This document shows, piece by piece, positions 1 to 11,299 of a stretch of 64,000 nucleotides of DNA. A program made the position numbers and the translations under genes. The stretch covers positions 96,001 to 160,000 of the forward strand of contig CAWKHF010000006.1 of NCBI GenBank assembly GCA_963849325.1, in the 5' to 3' direction. The notes below the pieces were generated by a model, which worked only from the letters and a program-made list of their open reading frames with translations, did no database searches and had not been told where the DNA came from. How positions within the stretch are numbered: position 1 is the first letter of the stretch; the number at the start of each line of letters is the position of its first letter. Source of the DNA: an uncultured Planctomycetota bacterium. Its GTDB lineage: Bacteria > Planctomycetota > Planctomycetia > Gemmatales > Gemmataceae.

Positions 1-436
1 GCGGCGATGCCAGGTCCGCCGCACCGTGCAGGCGTGCGGCGTCATCGTCCGACCGGCGGCGCGGGCGGAGTTGGAAGACTGCGAGGTGTTCGACAGCAGC
101 TACCAGGGCGTCTGGGTCGATGGCGACGGACAAGTCGTCTTGAAGAAGTGCCGTATCCACGACAACAAGTTAAACGGTGTCTTCGTGGACGACAGCAAAG
201 GCCTCGTCACCCTGGAGGATTGCGAGTTGGCCGGGAATGGCCTTTCCGGCGTGTCCACGAACCAGGGCACGGCGAACCTCCACGGCTGCCGGATCAACCG
301 CAACCTGTGTTACGGGGTGGGAGTGGAAAAGAAAGGCAACGCCACGGTGGAGGGCTGCGACCTGACCGGGAATGTTCAGGGCGCGTGGTACATCGAACCG
401 GAATGCAAGGTCCAGCGCAAGGACAACAAGGAATAA
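1..436 (+). CDS. Right-handed parallel beta-helix repeat protein, 3' part (begins upstream of the window)
   Basis: Repeated units such as LEDCEVFD..GVWV, LKKCRIHDN..GVFV, LEDCELAGN..GVST, VEGCDLTGN; stop TAA 434-436. Confidence 0.75.
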   Translation, partial: RRCQVRRTVQACGVIVRPAARAELEDCEVFDSSYQGVWVDGDGQVVLKKCRIHDNKLNGVFVDDSKGLVTLEDCELAGNGLSGVSTNQGTANLHGCRINRNLCYGVGVEKKGNATVEGCDLTGNVQGAWYIEPECKVQRKDNKE

Positions 437-443
437 GAGCTTA

Positions 444-514
444 CTCGTTTAGCCGCGACGCGCAGCGGAGCGCGGGACTCTCCCGCGCTCCGCTGCGCGT
501 CGCGGCTAAACGAG
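444..514. repeat. REP/REPIN-like palindrome, family A, copy 1
   Basis: Perfect 34-bp inverted arms CTCGTTTAGCCGCGACGCGCAGCGGAGCGCGGGA with a 3-nt loop; near-identical copies at 4148 and 29258. Confidence 0.9.
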
Positions 515-664
515 GAGCCGGTTTTTCTCGTTCGCGCCGGCGCCGACTCCGCGGTTGCCCTCCTTTTCGCAGGTGGGGGCTTTCCCCTCCCGCCCCCCAT
601 GTGGTAAAAGAGGTACAGGGTCCGTCTCGCCGCCGAGGTACTGCCTGACGTTCGGGGAACGCTC

Positions 665-1580
665 ATGGGGATTTACGACCGCGATTACGTTCGTCGGGAA
701 GGGCCGAGCTTCCTGGGTACCTTTGGGGAGCGCGGCTGCGTCTGCAAGTGGCTGGTCGGCATCAACGTCGTCGCCTTCATCGTCCAGATCCTGACTCTGC
801 CGGGTGGGGCCGTCGAGGACAGCCTGGGTTGGTTCACCGGCGCCTTCCAGCTCGACGTCGATCACGTCCTGCACGGCCAGGTCTGGCGCCTGCTGACTTA
901 CGCCTTCCTGCACGATCCCGGCACGATCTGGCACATCCTCATCAACATGTTGTTTTTGTGGTGGTTCGGCACCGACGTCGAGGATCTGTACGGACCGCGC
1001 GAGTTTTTGACCTTTTACCTGACGTCGGCATTCGTGGGCGGTCTGGCTTTCTTCCTCAGTTCCCTGGCCTGGATGCCGACGGCGGCGCCGTGCCTGGGCG
1101 CCTCAGGTGGGGTGATGGCCGTGCTGACGCTGTGCGCCATCCACTATCCGCGGCGCGTCCTCCTACTGTTCTTCATCCTGCCGGTGCCGATCTGGCTGTT
1201 CCTGTTCATTTTCCTGGCCAGCGACGCCTATGTCTTCCTGCGCCGGGCCGACAGCGGCACGGCGGTGGCCGCCCACCTTGGCGGCGCCCTGTTCGCCGGC
1301 ATTTACCATCGTCTGCACTGGCGCCTGAGCGACGGCCTCTCGCAGCTGCGTAGCTGGCGCCGTCAGCTGTTCCGGCCGCGCCTGCGCGTCTACCGCGAAG
1401 AGGGAGTCCGGACCCCGGTCGGCGTCCACGCCGCGGCCGCGCCGCCGGACGACGAACAGCTGGAGGCCAAGATGGACGCCATCCTGGAGAAGCTTTCTCG
1501 CGTCGGCAAGGAGAACCTCACCGAGAACGAACGCCAGTTGCTGCTGCGCCAGCGAGGTCTTCCGCCGCCGCCGCAGTTGA
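665..1580 (+). CDS. Rhomboid family intramembrane serine protease with a short C-terminal helical tail (frameshift near 1547)
   Basis: WRLLTYAFLH, HILINM, catalytic GASGG and AHLGG motifs; corrected end ..ASEVFRRRRS with TGA at 1578-1580. Confidence 0.9.
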
Positions 1581-1601
1581 CGGTTCGAGGAGAGATACCC
1601 C

Positions 1602-1829
1602 ATGCCGCTTTACGAATATACCTGTCGCGCTTGCGAGCACGCCTTCGAGACGCTGGTTTTCGACGGCGAAGACATCGAGTGCCCTCGCTGCCACGGTCAC
1701 CAGCTTCAGCGCCAGTGGAGCGTACCGGCCCGGCCGCGTGTCGAAAGCGAAGCGCTGCCGATGAGCTGCAATCCCAACCTGCCGCCCTGCGGTCCCGGCT
1801 GCTGCCGTCTACCGCCCGGCTCGGATTGA
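1602..1829 (+). CDS. FmdB family zinc-ribbon protein
   Basis: MPLYEYTCRACEHAFE..CPRC signature; GAGGAG RBS upstream. Confidence 0.85.
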   Translation: MPLYEYTCRACEHAFETLVFDGEDIECPRCHGHQLQRQWSVPARPRVESEALPMSCNPNLPPCGPGCCRLPPGSD

Positions 1830-1978
1830 TCGTCCCGCCGAACCGAGCCGCGACCGTCAGGGAGCGGGGCGTTCTCCGCTCCCTAACGGTCGCGGCTCGG
1901 ATTGATCGTCCCGCCGAACCGAGCCGCGACCGTCAGGGAGCGGGGCTTTCTCCGCTCCCTGACGGTCGCGGCTCGGTT
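1818..1978. repeat. Tandem pair (76-bp period) of REP/REPIN-like palindromes, family B
   Basis: Hairpins CCGAGCCGCGACCGTCAGGGAGCGG-N8-inverse at 1843-1900 and 1919-1976; spacer ATTGATCGTCCCGCCGAA is also duplicated. Confidence 0.9.
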
Positions 1979-3230
1979 TGTTCCGCTCCCTCTCAGCATC
2001 CGCCGGCGGCCAGCGCCCCCAGCGACAGCAGCCACCACAGCGAACGCCAGCTCCCGCGGATCGGCGGTATCGCGTCCGCTCGGCAGGGACGGCGAGGCGA
2101 GGTCCAGGTCGGTTGTACCTGCGGCTCGACCTCCGACCGGCCCGCGCAACAGTGGATTTGGTTGAGGGCAGTTCATCCGGCGTCGGTGGCGCGAGGGGCG
2201 TTTGCGCCCACGGCACCAGGGCATCCGCCACCTCGGCCGGCGTTCGCGGTCGTTTCGCCGGCTCCTTGGCCAGCATCCGCGCCATCAACACCGCCATCTC
2301 GCCCGGCACCTCGCGCCGCAACTCCCGCACGTCCGGCGGCGGCTTCATCTGGTGCGCCAGCATCTTTTGCTTCAGCGTCCCGCCGTCGAAGGGCGGCCGG
2401 CCCGTCAGCAAGTAAAAAAACGTCGCTCCCAGGCTGTAAATGTCCGCTCGAATATCGACCGCGTGACTATCGCGGCCCTGCTCCGGGGCCAGGTAGTCCG
2501 CCGTGCCCAGGACCGCCTTGGCGTTGTGCTCGCGCGTCAGGGCGTCGGTCTCGTCCAGGAAGAACCGCGCCAGTCCCAGGTCGAGTACCTTGATGATGCC
2601 GGCCCGGCTGACGAGCAGGTTGGCCGGCTTGACGTCGCGGTGGACCAGGCCCGCCTCGTGAGCGTGCTGTAAGCCCAGGGCCGCCTGCCGAACGTAGTGA
2701 GCCGCTCGCTCCGGCGTCAGTCGGCCCCGGCGGTCCACCAACTCTTGCAGGGTCACGCCGTCGAGGTATTCCATCACCAAAAAGTAGACCGCGCCGTCGG
2801 ACTCCAGGTCGTAGGCGCGGACAATGTTGGGGTGATCGAGGACGGCGGCGGCTTGGGCCTCGCGGAGGAAGCGGCCGAGGCAGGCCGGATCTTCCGCGCG
2901 CTCGCCCGGCAGCACCTTGAGGGCCACCGCTCGTCTCATCCGCACGTGCTCGGCCAAAAACACCGTGCCCATGCCTCCGGCGCCGAGTCGATTCAGCAGC
3001 CGGTATTTACCCAGTACGAACCCTTTGCAGCGACCGTGAAGCAGCTGCTCGGCCTGGAAGCTCGTCAGTAAGCCGTCGCGCACCAGCTGAGCGGCCAGGG
3101 ACGCCGGCTGTCCCGGCAGAGGTTCCGCACGCCGCAGTCGGCCAAGGTAGCCGTCCAGCTCTCGCGGCTCCAGCAGACCGCTCCGCGACACCAGTCCGAG
3201 AAAATCAGCGACGGTTGCCGGCGCGGGCAT
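1857..3230 (-). CDS. Ser/Thr protein kinase (C-terminus uncertain: likely indels and run-on into repeats)
   Basis: LGAGGMGTV, VALK, HRDVKPAN, DLGLA, GTADYLAPE, DIYSLG. Confidence 0.9.
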   Translation of the reverse strand: MPAPATVADFLGLVSRSGLLEPRELDGYLGRLRRAEPLPGQPASLAAQLVRDGLLTSFQAEQLLHGRCKGFVLGKYRLLNRLGAGGMGTVFLAEHVRMRRAVALKVLPGERAEDPACLGRFLREAQAAAVLDHPNIVRAYDLESDGAVYFLVMEYLDGVTLQELVDRRGRLTPERAAHYVRQAALGLQHAHEAGLVHRDVKPANLLVSRAGIIKVLDLGLARFFLDETDALTREHNAKAVLGTADYLAPEQGRDSHAVDIRADIYSLGATFFYLLTGRPPFDGGTLKQKMLAHQMKPPPDVRELRREVPGEMAVLMARMLAKEPAKRPRTPAEVADALVPWAQTPLAPPTPDELPSTKSTVARAGRRSSRRYNRPGPRLAVPAERTRYRRSAGAGVRCGGCCRWGRWPPADAERERNKPSRDRQGAEKAPLPDGRGSVRRDDQSEPRPLGSGERPAP

Positions 3231-3435
3231 AAATCAGCCGCTTGCGGACGGGAGAGTAGAAGGAACGCAAGGAGGGGGAAGACATCACTCCCCTAAATGT
3301 GGCATGGATTCCGCGAATTGGCAAGAAACGCACGGTTTTTTCCATCGGCGCGAATCTGTCCGCTTCGCCCTCCGACTGCGTTGGATCCGATGAGTCCGGC
3401 GAAAACGTAAACCCTCTTGGAAAAAGGAACGTGTC

Positions 3436-4124
3436 ATGTTTCCCCGCACCACCCTGGTCCTGCTCGCGGCCCTCGGCTGTCTGTCGGCCACCCGCCTCGC
3501 CCTTGCCTCCTCGGAGTCGGACGACGAAGACGAGAAGGCCAACATCCCCCAGCAGGTCAGCGGCGCCTTCCTGATCCAACCCAACGCGGTGAATGTCCGG
3601 CGCCTGCCGACGGCGAACCAGCGGGTCTTTCTCTTTAGCGAGGGCCGGCTGGGACAGAAGGTAGGGGACGGCGAATGCGCCACCCTGGCCCAGCGCGCCC
3701 TCGAATCCGCCACCGGGCGTCCCTTCCGCGTGACCTCCGTGGCCGGCATCCGGGCGACTACGTCTGGGGCAAACCCATCGCCACCTTCAAGCCGGGGACG
3801 GCGCGTGGCGTCAGTTCGCTGATGGCCGGCGACATCCTGCAATACCGCAATGCCCGCTTTTCCGGGCGGCAAAACCTGCCCGACGGCGGCCGGCGCTCGT
3901 GGAGCTACTCGGCCCTGCACCATACCGCCGTCGTCGTCGGCGTTCGCGGCGATGTCGTGACGGTCCTGGAACAGAACAGCGACGGCCGCCGCTACGTGGT
4001 CACGAATGTCTATGCCCTGCACGAAATGAAGCAGGGGACCATCAAGGCATACCGGCCGCAGGTCGCCGCGCCCGCGCCACGGCCTCCTCAGGTGAAGCTC
4101 CCGAAATTGCCCAAACCGTTCTGA
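3436..4124 (+). CDS. Secreted CHAP/NlpC-P60-like cysteine peptidase or amidase (frameshift near 3750)
   Basis: Signal peptide; GDGECATLA in one frame, then DYVWG, GDILQY, HHTAVV, VLEQN in the next frame. Confidence 0.6.
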
Positions 4125-4147
4125 TACACATTCCCAGGGATGGTATC

Positions 4148-4215
4148 TCGTTTAGCCGCGACGCGCAGCGGAGCGCGGGAGATCCCGCGCTCCGCTGCGC
4201 GTCGCGGCTAAACGA
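4148..4215. repeat. REP/REPIN-like palindrome, family A, copy 2
   Basis: Same arms as 444-514; lies 24 nt after a stop codon. Confidence 0.9.
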
Positions 4216-4395
4216 TCCGGGATGGTTCTTCATTCCGATTGATCGAGGCTTGCAATCCGGTTCCGACCACGTTAACCTGAATTTCTCGTTAGGGAAAGCA
4301 TCCGTCCTTGTCCAATCTCTCACTCGATACCGTTTCGTCCCGGCAGAAACGTATTGATCCGTCCACGTCGTTTCCTGCCGGGGAGGATCATTCGT

Positions 4396-6634
4396 ATGCG
4401 GGAGTTTCTGGCTCGGCACGGTCGCAGAGTAACCCTCCTCGCCGTAGGGATCGTGGCCTTCCTGGATTCCTGACGGCGTCGCCGTCGGCGCGCCGGCCGT
4501 CCCCGACAAGGCGGCGCCGAAGGACGCCTCGGCGCTGGCCGGCCGTGTCAAGGAACTCTTCCGCACGCGCTGCCTGGAGTGCCACGGCGGCAGCAAGACC
4601 AAAGCCGGCGTCAAGATCCTCGACCGCGAACTGCTGCTGGCCAAGGACAAGATCGTTCCCGGCAAACCCGACGAGTCGCGGTTGTTCCAACTGCTCACCG
4701 CGGAAGACGAGCCGAGGATGCCGCCGCCAGGACAGCCGCGTCTGTCGGCCGAGGATGTCGAGCTGGTGCCGCCGCTGGCTGGCCGAGGGAGCGGCCGCCT
4801 TTCCCGCCGACGTCGCTCGACCCGAGGAAACGGACAAGGAGTCCGCCTTCAAGGACGTCGTCGGCGTCGCCTACGTCCACAAGAAGATCCTCGAACACGT
4901 TCGCGGCCTGCGCCTGGAGGATCGCCGCTACGTGCGCTATTTCAGCCTCAATCATCTGCTGACCGCCGGCGTCACCCGCGACGAGCTGGAGCTGCACCGC
5001 GAGGCGCTGACCAAGGCCGTCAACCACCTCTCCTGGGAGCCGGGGCTAGTTCGGCCGCAGTCGATCGATGAGCCGGTCAACTCCCTCTTCGCCGTGGACA
5101 TCCGACGATTGGGTTGGCACAGGCAGCCGTACCAGCGCGTCCACGGCCGGCAGAAGGCCGGCCACAGTGAATTGAACCTCTTCGATCTGGTGCTGCTGGA
5201 GTATCCCTATGCGATCCTCTACGAGGATTCGGAGACCGCCGACCACCTCGCCGAGGAGTTCCTGCGTCCGGCCGGCCAGGTGCGGCCGATCGTCTCCGTG
5301 CGGGCGGACTGGTTTGTCAGCATGGCCACCCAGCCGCCGTTGTACGAAGACCTCTTGCAGCTGCCCTTCGAGCTGAAGGATCTGGAGTCCAAGTTGGGCA
5401 TCGATAGCGAGGCCAACTTCGCGACGACATCGCTCGGCGAGCGGGCATGACGGTCTCGGGAGTCTCGCGCAACAACCGCGTGGTGGAACGTCATCCCTCG
5501 AAGTACGGCGCCTACTGGAAGAGTTTCGATTTTCGCTCCAGCAAGGGCGATCAGAATATGTTCCAGGACCCGATGCACCTCAACCCGGCCGGCGGCGAGA
5601 TGATCTTCAGTCTGCCCAACGGACTTCAAGGCTACCTCCTGGCCAACGGCAAGGGCGTGCGCATCGAGACGGCGCCGACGGAGATTGTCACCGACAAGTT
5701 CGCCGAGGACCGAACGGTGCGTAACGGCCTGGCCTGCATGCGCTGTCACGACCAGGGCATGAAGACGTTCCTCGACACGGTACGGCCGGCCATGCTACGT
5801 TTGCCGGGAAGCGCCGGCCTGGACAAGCGGCAGATCCTGCAACTGTATGCGGAGCAGAAAGAGATGGACCGCCTGGTGAAAGAGGACACGGTTCGCTTTC
5901 TGTCGGCGATGCAGCGAGCGCTGGGCAAGCCGCCAGGACGAGAACCGTTGATTCCCGTGTCGCAGCGCTTCCTCGATGCGCCGTTGCCGTTGTCGGCGGC
6001 GGCGGCGGAGTTGGCCCTGGCGGAGCCGAGCGGGTTGAAGGCCGTGTTCCGCTCACCGCGGTTCGCCGCTCTGGGCCTGGTCCCGCTGTCCGGCGAGGGC
6101 GTGGTGCGGCGCGACATGTGGGAAGACTACTACGGTCAGGTGGTGCGCGACCTGGGACTGGGCATCCCCGTCGTGCCGCTCGACGGACTGACGCGCCGCG
6201 ACTTCCGGGGCGATCCGTCCCTGGACGTGGAAATGCGGACCAACAAGAAAAGCAACGTCTTCGAGCCGGGCGAGGAGATGGCGATTTACGTGAACAATCG
6301 TTCGGGCAAGGACATTTACATCGAGCTGATCGGCACCAGCGCGCGCGGCGAGAAGGTGATCCTGCCGCTGAATATGAATCGCATCGCGGCCGGTCAAGAA
6401 TATCGCTACCCGCCGACCGGAGGATTGAAGATTCGCTCGGGTGTGGGCAAGGAAGAGATCACACTGTTTGCCAGCGATGTGGAGATGCCGGCCGGTCAGT
6501 TGGTGCGAGGCCAAAGTATGGGCGATCGCGTCTATCACGCCTTCTACGACCTGCCGCCGAGCGGCAAGCGAGCGGCGCGGCGTTTTGATGCGTGGCGGCT
6601 GATGAAGAAGACCATCGACATCGAAACGCGATAA
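4396..6634 (+). CDS. Exported diheme c-type cytochrome protein with C-terminal DUF4384-like domain (indels near 4470, 4770 and 5430-5447)
   Basis: GGAGGA RBS and ATG 4396; CLECH followed by IVPGKPDESRL..RMPP (planctomycete cytochrome c pattern); second heme motif CMRCH near 5734; C-terminal FEPGEEMAIYV..YIELI..GEKVIL..GKEEITLFAS. Confidence 0.75.
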
Positions 6635-6657
6635 GGAGCGAAGAAAGCGGGTGACGC

Positions 6658-9600
6658 ATGGGCAAGGGTCTGTGGCGAGAAACGTCTCGGATCGGCGCCG
6701 GACTGCTGGCCTTGGTCGTGCTGGTCTCCGACGGCCGGACGGCCGCGCCGGCCGCCTCGGACGAATCGCCGCGCGAACAAGAACTGCTCGACGCCTACCG
6801 CAAGGGCGAGGCGTTCATCAAGCAGGGTAAGTATCGCGAGGCCGTGCCCTTTTACGGGCGTGCCCTGGAGTTGGCTCCCGCCGTCCACGGAGCCAAGAGC
6901 CGGCAAGCCGCCAACCTGATGAATAAACTGGCGAACTGTTATTGGAACCTGGGTCAGTACGCCAAGGCCGAGCCGCTTTACCAGCGCAACCTGGAGATCC
7001 GCGAGGCGCGGCTGAACGAGGAGCCTTCCGAGGTGGCCCAAAGTCTCAACAACCTCGCCGGGCTGTACGAGTCGATGGGCCATTACGACAAGGCAGAGCC
7101 GCTTTATCTGCGTAGCCTCACAATTCGAGAAGAACGGCTGGGCAAGGACCATGCCGACGTGGCCGAAAGTCTCAACAATCTCGCTGGACTGTACCGAGCG
7201 ATGGGCTGGTACGTCGAATCGGAACGGCTCTACAAGCACAGTCTGCAAATCCGCGAGGCTCGGCTGGGCAAGGACCATGCCGACGTGGCCCAAACTCTTA
7301 ACAACCTCGCCGTGCTGTACGGGTCGATGGGCCGGTACGCCGAGGCGGAACAACTCCACCAACGCAGCCTCAAGATCCGCGAGGCTCGGCTAGCCCAAGA
7401 CCATGCCGACGTGGCTCAAAGTCTCAACAACCTCGCCGTGCTGTACGAAGCGATGGGCCAGTACGACAAGGCGGAACCGCTCGGCCAACGTGGCCTCCGC
7501 ATTTTGGAGGCTCGGCTGGGCAAGGACCATCCGCGTGTGGCCACGAGCCTCAACAACCTGGCCGGGCTGTATGCGTCCATGCGCCAGTACGACAAGGCCG
7601 AGCCGCTTTATCAGCGCAGCCTCCGGATTATGGAAGCCTGGCTGGGAAAAGATCATCCTCACCTGGCGACGTGTCACAATAATCTGGCCGTGCTGTACAA
7701 GTCCATGGGACAGTACGACAAGGCCGTACCGCTCTACCAGCGTAGCCTCCGGATCCGCAAGGATCGGCTCGGTGAGGACCATCCGCTCGTGGCCGTCAGC
7801 CTCAACAACCTGGCCCAGCTGTTCGAGACCATGAACCATCCTGCCGAGGCGGAGCCGCTCTATCGAAGCAGCCTCCGGATTTCGGAGGCGCGGCTGGGCG
7901 CGCACCATCCGCAAGTGGCCACGAGCCTCAACAACCTGGCCACGCTGTATGCGGCGATGGAGCGCTGGGACGAGGCCACGGACGCCCTGGAGAGAGCGTG
8001 CCGCGGTCGGCACCATCACGTCCAGCACGTCCTCCCCGCCCTGTCCGAACGCGAGCAATTGACTTTTCTCCATGCCAACCACGAGCCGGGACTTCGCAGC
8101 GCCCTCTCGCTCGCCCTGCTCCGCGCCAAAAGCACGCGGGGTCTGTCCGATCATGCCGACTGGCTGAGTAACGGCAAAGCCCTGGCCCAGCAATCTCTTG
8201 CCGAGCAGATCTTGCTGACGCGCGATGCCGCCGGAGCCAACGCCGACACGGTTCGACAACTGTTCGACGTTCGGCGCCGCCTCGCCGCCCTCACCCTGGC
8301 TGCCCCCGCATCGGGACAGGAGACGCCGCGCCGCCAGCAGATCCAGGACATGAGCCGGCAGGAGCAGGAGTTGGCCAAACGCCTAGCCCATGCACATGGC
8401 CGGAAGCTCTCGGGAAAACCCTGGATCGAACTCAAGGAGCTTCGCAAGGCCATCCCCGCCGACGGCGTCTTCCTCGACATCGCCCGCTTCGGCGTCTTCG
8501 ACTTCCAGGCCAGGGGCGACGAACGAAAATGGCGGCCGGCCCACTACGCCGCCTTCGTCATCCCCGCCGCAGGCAAGGGACACGTCCGCCTCATCGATCT
8601 GGGCGAGGCCGAGGCCATCGATCGGGCCGTCCAGTCGCTGCGGCAGGCGTTGCAGCAGGCGCCGCAAACGATCCGCGTGCAGGGAGAGCCGGACAGTGAA
8701 AAGGAAGTGCTCGAACCGTTGCGGGCCTTGAGCCGCCTGGTGCTGGGGCCGCTGCTGCCGCACATCGGCCAGAGCCAGCGCTGGCTGGTCAGTCCCGATG
8801 GTGCCCTGTGGCTGGTGCCGTGGGCCGCCCTGCCGCTGGAGGACGGCAGCTATGTCATCGAGAAGCACTCTCTCCGCTATCTCGTCAACGGACGCGACCT
8901 CGTTGCCAATACCGAGGCGAACAAGGACCGGGACGGGGCGGCTCACCTGTTCGCGGACCCCGACTTCGATCTGGCACCCGCCGAGGCCGCGACGAGGGCG
9001 GCCGAGCCGGTCCTGCGGGGCCTGTCGCTTCCAGCCGTGGCTCGTCTTCCCGGCACGGCCCGCGAGGCGGCTTTGGTGGCGCCGAAGCTGCGCCAGTTGA
9101 CCGGCAAGGAGCCGGCGGTGCATACCGGCGCGGGGGCCAGCGAGAGGCAGGTCAAGGCGATCCGTCGGCCGCGACTGTTGATGCTGTCCACGCATGGCTT
9201 CTTTCTACCCGATCCGGAGAAGATGCTGGACAAGTCCGGTAAGAAGCTGGAGAATCCGCTGTTGCGTTGCGGTCTGTTGCTGGCCGGCTGCAATCAGCGA
9301 CAGAAGGCGGCCGAGGGCGAAGAAGACGGCGTCTTGACGGGACTGGAAATCGTCGGCCTGGACCTGCGTGGCACGGAACTGGTGGTGCTCAGCGCCTGCG
9401 AGACCGGACTGGGTGACGTGCGCAACGGCGAAGGGGTGGCGGGGCTGCGTCAGGCGTTTCAATTGGCCGGGGCGCAGTCGGTGCTGGCCACGCTCTGGCA
9501 GATTCCCGACCGCGAGACGGCCCAGTTGATGAGCGACTTTTGCGATAACCTGGCTCGTGGCAAAGACCGAGCGGATGCCTTGTGTGAGGCGCAGCGGGGC

Positions 9601-9678
9601 TTGATCCAGGCGCGGCGAAGCCGCCACGGCGCTGCTCATCCGTTTTTCTGGGCCGCCTTCACCCTCACCGGACAGTAG
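6658..9678 (+). CDS. TPR-CHAT protein (caspase-like protease) with N-terminal signal or anchor
   Basis: About nine 42-aa repeats (SLNNLA.LY..MG.Y.KAEPLYQRSL.IRE.RLG.DH); CHAT motifs SPDGALWLVPW, STHGFF, LSACETG, SVLATLW, HPFFWAAF. Confidence 0.93.
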   Translation: MGKGLWRETSRIGAGLLALVVLVSDGRTAAPAASDESPREQELLDAYRKGEAFIKQGKYREAVPFYGRALELAPAVHGAKSRQAANLMNKLANCYWNLGQYAKAEPLYQRNLEIREARLNEEPSEVAQSLNNLAGLYESMGHYDKAEPLYLRSLTIREERLGKDHADVAESLNNLAGLYRAMGWYVESERLYKHSLQIREARLGKDHADVAQTLNNLAVLYGSMGRYAEAEQLHQRSLKIREARLAQDHADVAQSLNNLAVLYEAMGQYDKAEPLGQRGLRILEARLGKDHPRVATSLNNLAGLYASMRQYDKAEPLYQRSLRIMEAWLGKDHPHLATCHNNLAVLYKSMGQYDKAVPLYQRSLRIRKDRLGEDHPLVAVSLNNLAQLFETMNHPAEAEPLYRSSLRISEARLGAHHPQVATSLNNLATLYAAMERWDEATDALERACRGRHHHVQHVLPALSEREQLTFLHANHEPGLRSALSLALLRAKSTRGLSDHADWLSNGKALAQQSLAEQILLTRDAAGANADTVRQLFDVRRRLAALTLAAPASGQETPRRQQIQDMSRQEQELAKRLAHAHGRKLSGKPWIELKELRKAIPADGVFLDIARFGVFDFQARGDERKWRPAHYAAFVIPAAGKGHVRLIDLGEAEAIDRAVQSLRQALQQAPQTIRVQGEPDSEKEVLEPLRALSRLVLGPLLPHIGQSQRWLVSPDGALWLVPWAALPLEDGSYVIEKHSLRYLVNGRDLVANTEANKDRDGAAHLFADPDFDLAPAEAATRAAEPVLRGLSLPAVARLPGTAREAALVAPKLRQLTGKEPAVHTGAGASERQVKAIRRPRLLMLSTHGFFLPDPEKMLDKSGKKLENPLLRCGLLLAGCNQRQKAAEGEEDGVLTGLEIVGLDLRGTELVVLSACETGLGDVRNGEGVAGLRQAFQLAGAQSVLATLWQIPDRETAQLMSDFCDNLARGKDRADALCEAQRGLIQARRSRHGAAHPFFWAAFTLTGQ

Positions 9679-9683
9679 GCGGC

Positions 9684-9753
9684 CATCTTTCCGAGCCTGA
9701 AGCGTTAGCGAAGAGGGAGATTTCTTCGCTAACGCTTCAGGCTCGGAAAGATG
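9684..9753. repeat. Long palindrome (REP-like family C; possible terminator)
   Basis: 31-bp perfect arms CATCTTTCCGAGCCTGAAGCGTTAGCGAAGA with an 8-nt loop, directly after the CHAT stop. Confidence 0.8.
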
Positions 9754-9862
9754 CTCCCTGGTCTGGGCACGAGCGCACCAAAAACCATTGTGGAATTGTC
9801 CGCGCGATCGACCGATTGCGTTTCATTTATCGGTAGCGATCTCTCGGGTTAAGGAGACGGTC

Positions 9863-11221
9863 ATGAATCGTCTGCGAAATGCGTTGCCAAGCCTCCGGGC
9901 CGGCCTGGCATCCGTCCTGGTCCTCGTCGCCGCGCCGGCGCTGTGGGCCGAGGATTTGGAGAAACAGATGCTCCGCGAGGCGCCGAAGATCCTGGCCCAG
10001 CTCAAGGGCCGAGGCTGCAAGACCGTCGGCGTCCTCAAATTCCGCGTCAAGAAGGGCAACGAGCCGTTGACCGACAACGCCGGTCCGCTCAACCTCACCC
10101 TCGCCAATCGGCTGGAGATGGCCCTCATCCTGGCCAACAAGGTGCAGCAACCGCTCGGCATCATTCACGACGCCAGCGCCGTCGCCGCTCGTCTGCGTGG
10201 CGCCAGCCACGTCACTGCCGAGGGTCGCCATACGCTGTTCGAGGCCGACTATCCGCTGGCCTGGGGCAAAGAGAAGGTGCGGCCCGATGCCTTGCTGACC
10301 GGCATCGCCCTCATCAGCCCCGACCTGCGCGACATGACCGTGGGCATCCTGGCCTTCGACAAGGACGGCAAAGGGCTGCGGAAGGTGGCCCAGTTCACCG
10401 CCACGGTGGACGCCGTCGCCCTCGTCGAGAGCGGCGAGAGTTTCCTGCTGCGCGGCGCTTCGACCAGGGCGCGAGGAGAAGACCACTCCCAAGCATCCGG
10501 CACCCTCGACGCCGGCGATGGCGGTGCAGACGGCGGCGCAGGTGCGCGGACCAGGAACAGGATTATCCGCTGGCCGATGAGGCGGCCCCGGTGGAGCTGG
10601 AAATTCGCTACGACGGCAAGAAAGTGCCCCTGGAGATCAAGGACGGCAAGGCGTGCATCCCCGAGCCGGAGGAGGGGCAGGAGGTGACGTGCGTCCTCCG
10701 TCGCCGAGGAGACAACAAGGAGCGTTATGCCGTGGTGCTGAAAGTCAATGGCGAGAACACCCTGTACCGGCAACGGATGCGCGACATCGATTGCCGCAAG
10801 TGGGTGCTGGAGCCGGGCGATGAGCCGGCCGACATCCTCGGCTATCAGAAGGACGGACAGACGGCGGAGAAGTTTCGCGTCCTGTCGCGCGCAGGAGTCG
10901 AAGGCGCGCGAGGTGTACTATGGGGCCGACGTGGGCACCATCAGCATGACCGTCTTCCGCGAGAAAAAAGGTCCGGACAAGCCCATGGCGGTCGTGCTCA
11001 AGGAGGCCGACGAGGCGGAGGACCTGGCGGCACTGAGCCGGGGCGTCTTTCCCGAGGAGCAGCCGCGCAACCTGGCCGCCCTGCAAGCCCAGCTGCGCGA
11101 TTCGGCCACTCGCGGCCTGATTGCCCAGGGGGAAAAGACCAGCTCGGAGGTGCAGCGCGTGAAGTTCAACGCCGATCCTATCCCGGTGATGTCGGCCACC
11201 ATCACCTACTACAAGCCGTGA
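9863..11221 (+). CDS. Secreted hypothetical protein (indels near 10460-10555 and 10890)
   Basis: AAGGAG RBS; signal peptide ending ALWA; coherent coding continues across three ORF fragments to ..ATITYYKP stop. Confidence 0.7.
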
Positions 11222-11240
11222 GCGAACGGATTCAGCCCCT

Positions 11241-11299
11241 GAGCGGGGGGCGTCAGCCCCCTGAGAGATGCGAAACTCAGGGGGCTGACGCCCCCGCTC
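11241..11299. repeat. REP/REPIN-like palindrome, family D, intergenic copy
   Basis: GAGCGGGGGGCGTCAGCCCCCTGAG-N10-CTCAGGGGGCTGACGCCCCCGCTC; second copy at 35201. Confidence 0.88.

Noticed and set aside
1818-1978. Possible mini CRISPR array
   Set aside because: The spacers are identical, the repeat is a dispersed long palindrome, and no cas genes are present.
665-2593. 642-aa extended rhomboid
   Set aside because: Read-through from an indel near 1547 across FmdB, the repeats and the antisense kinase.
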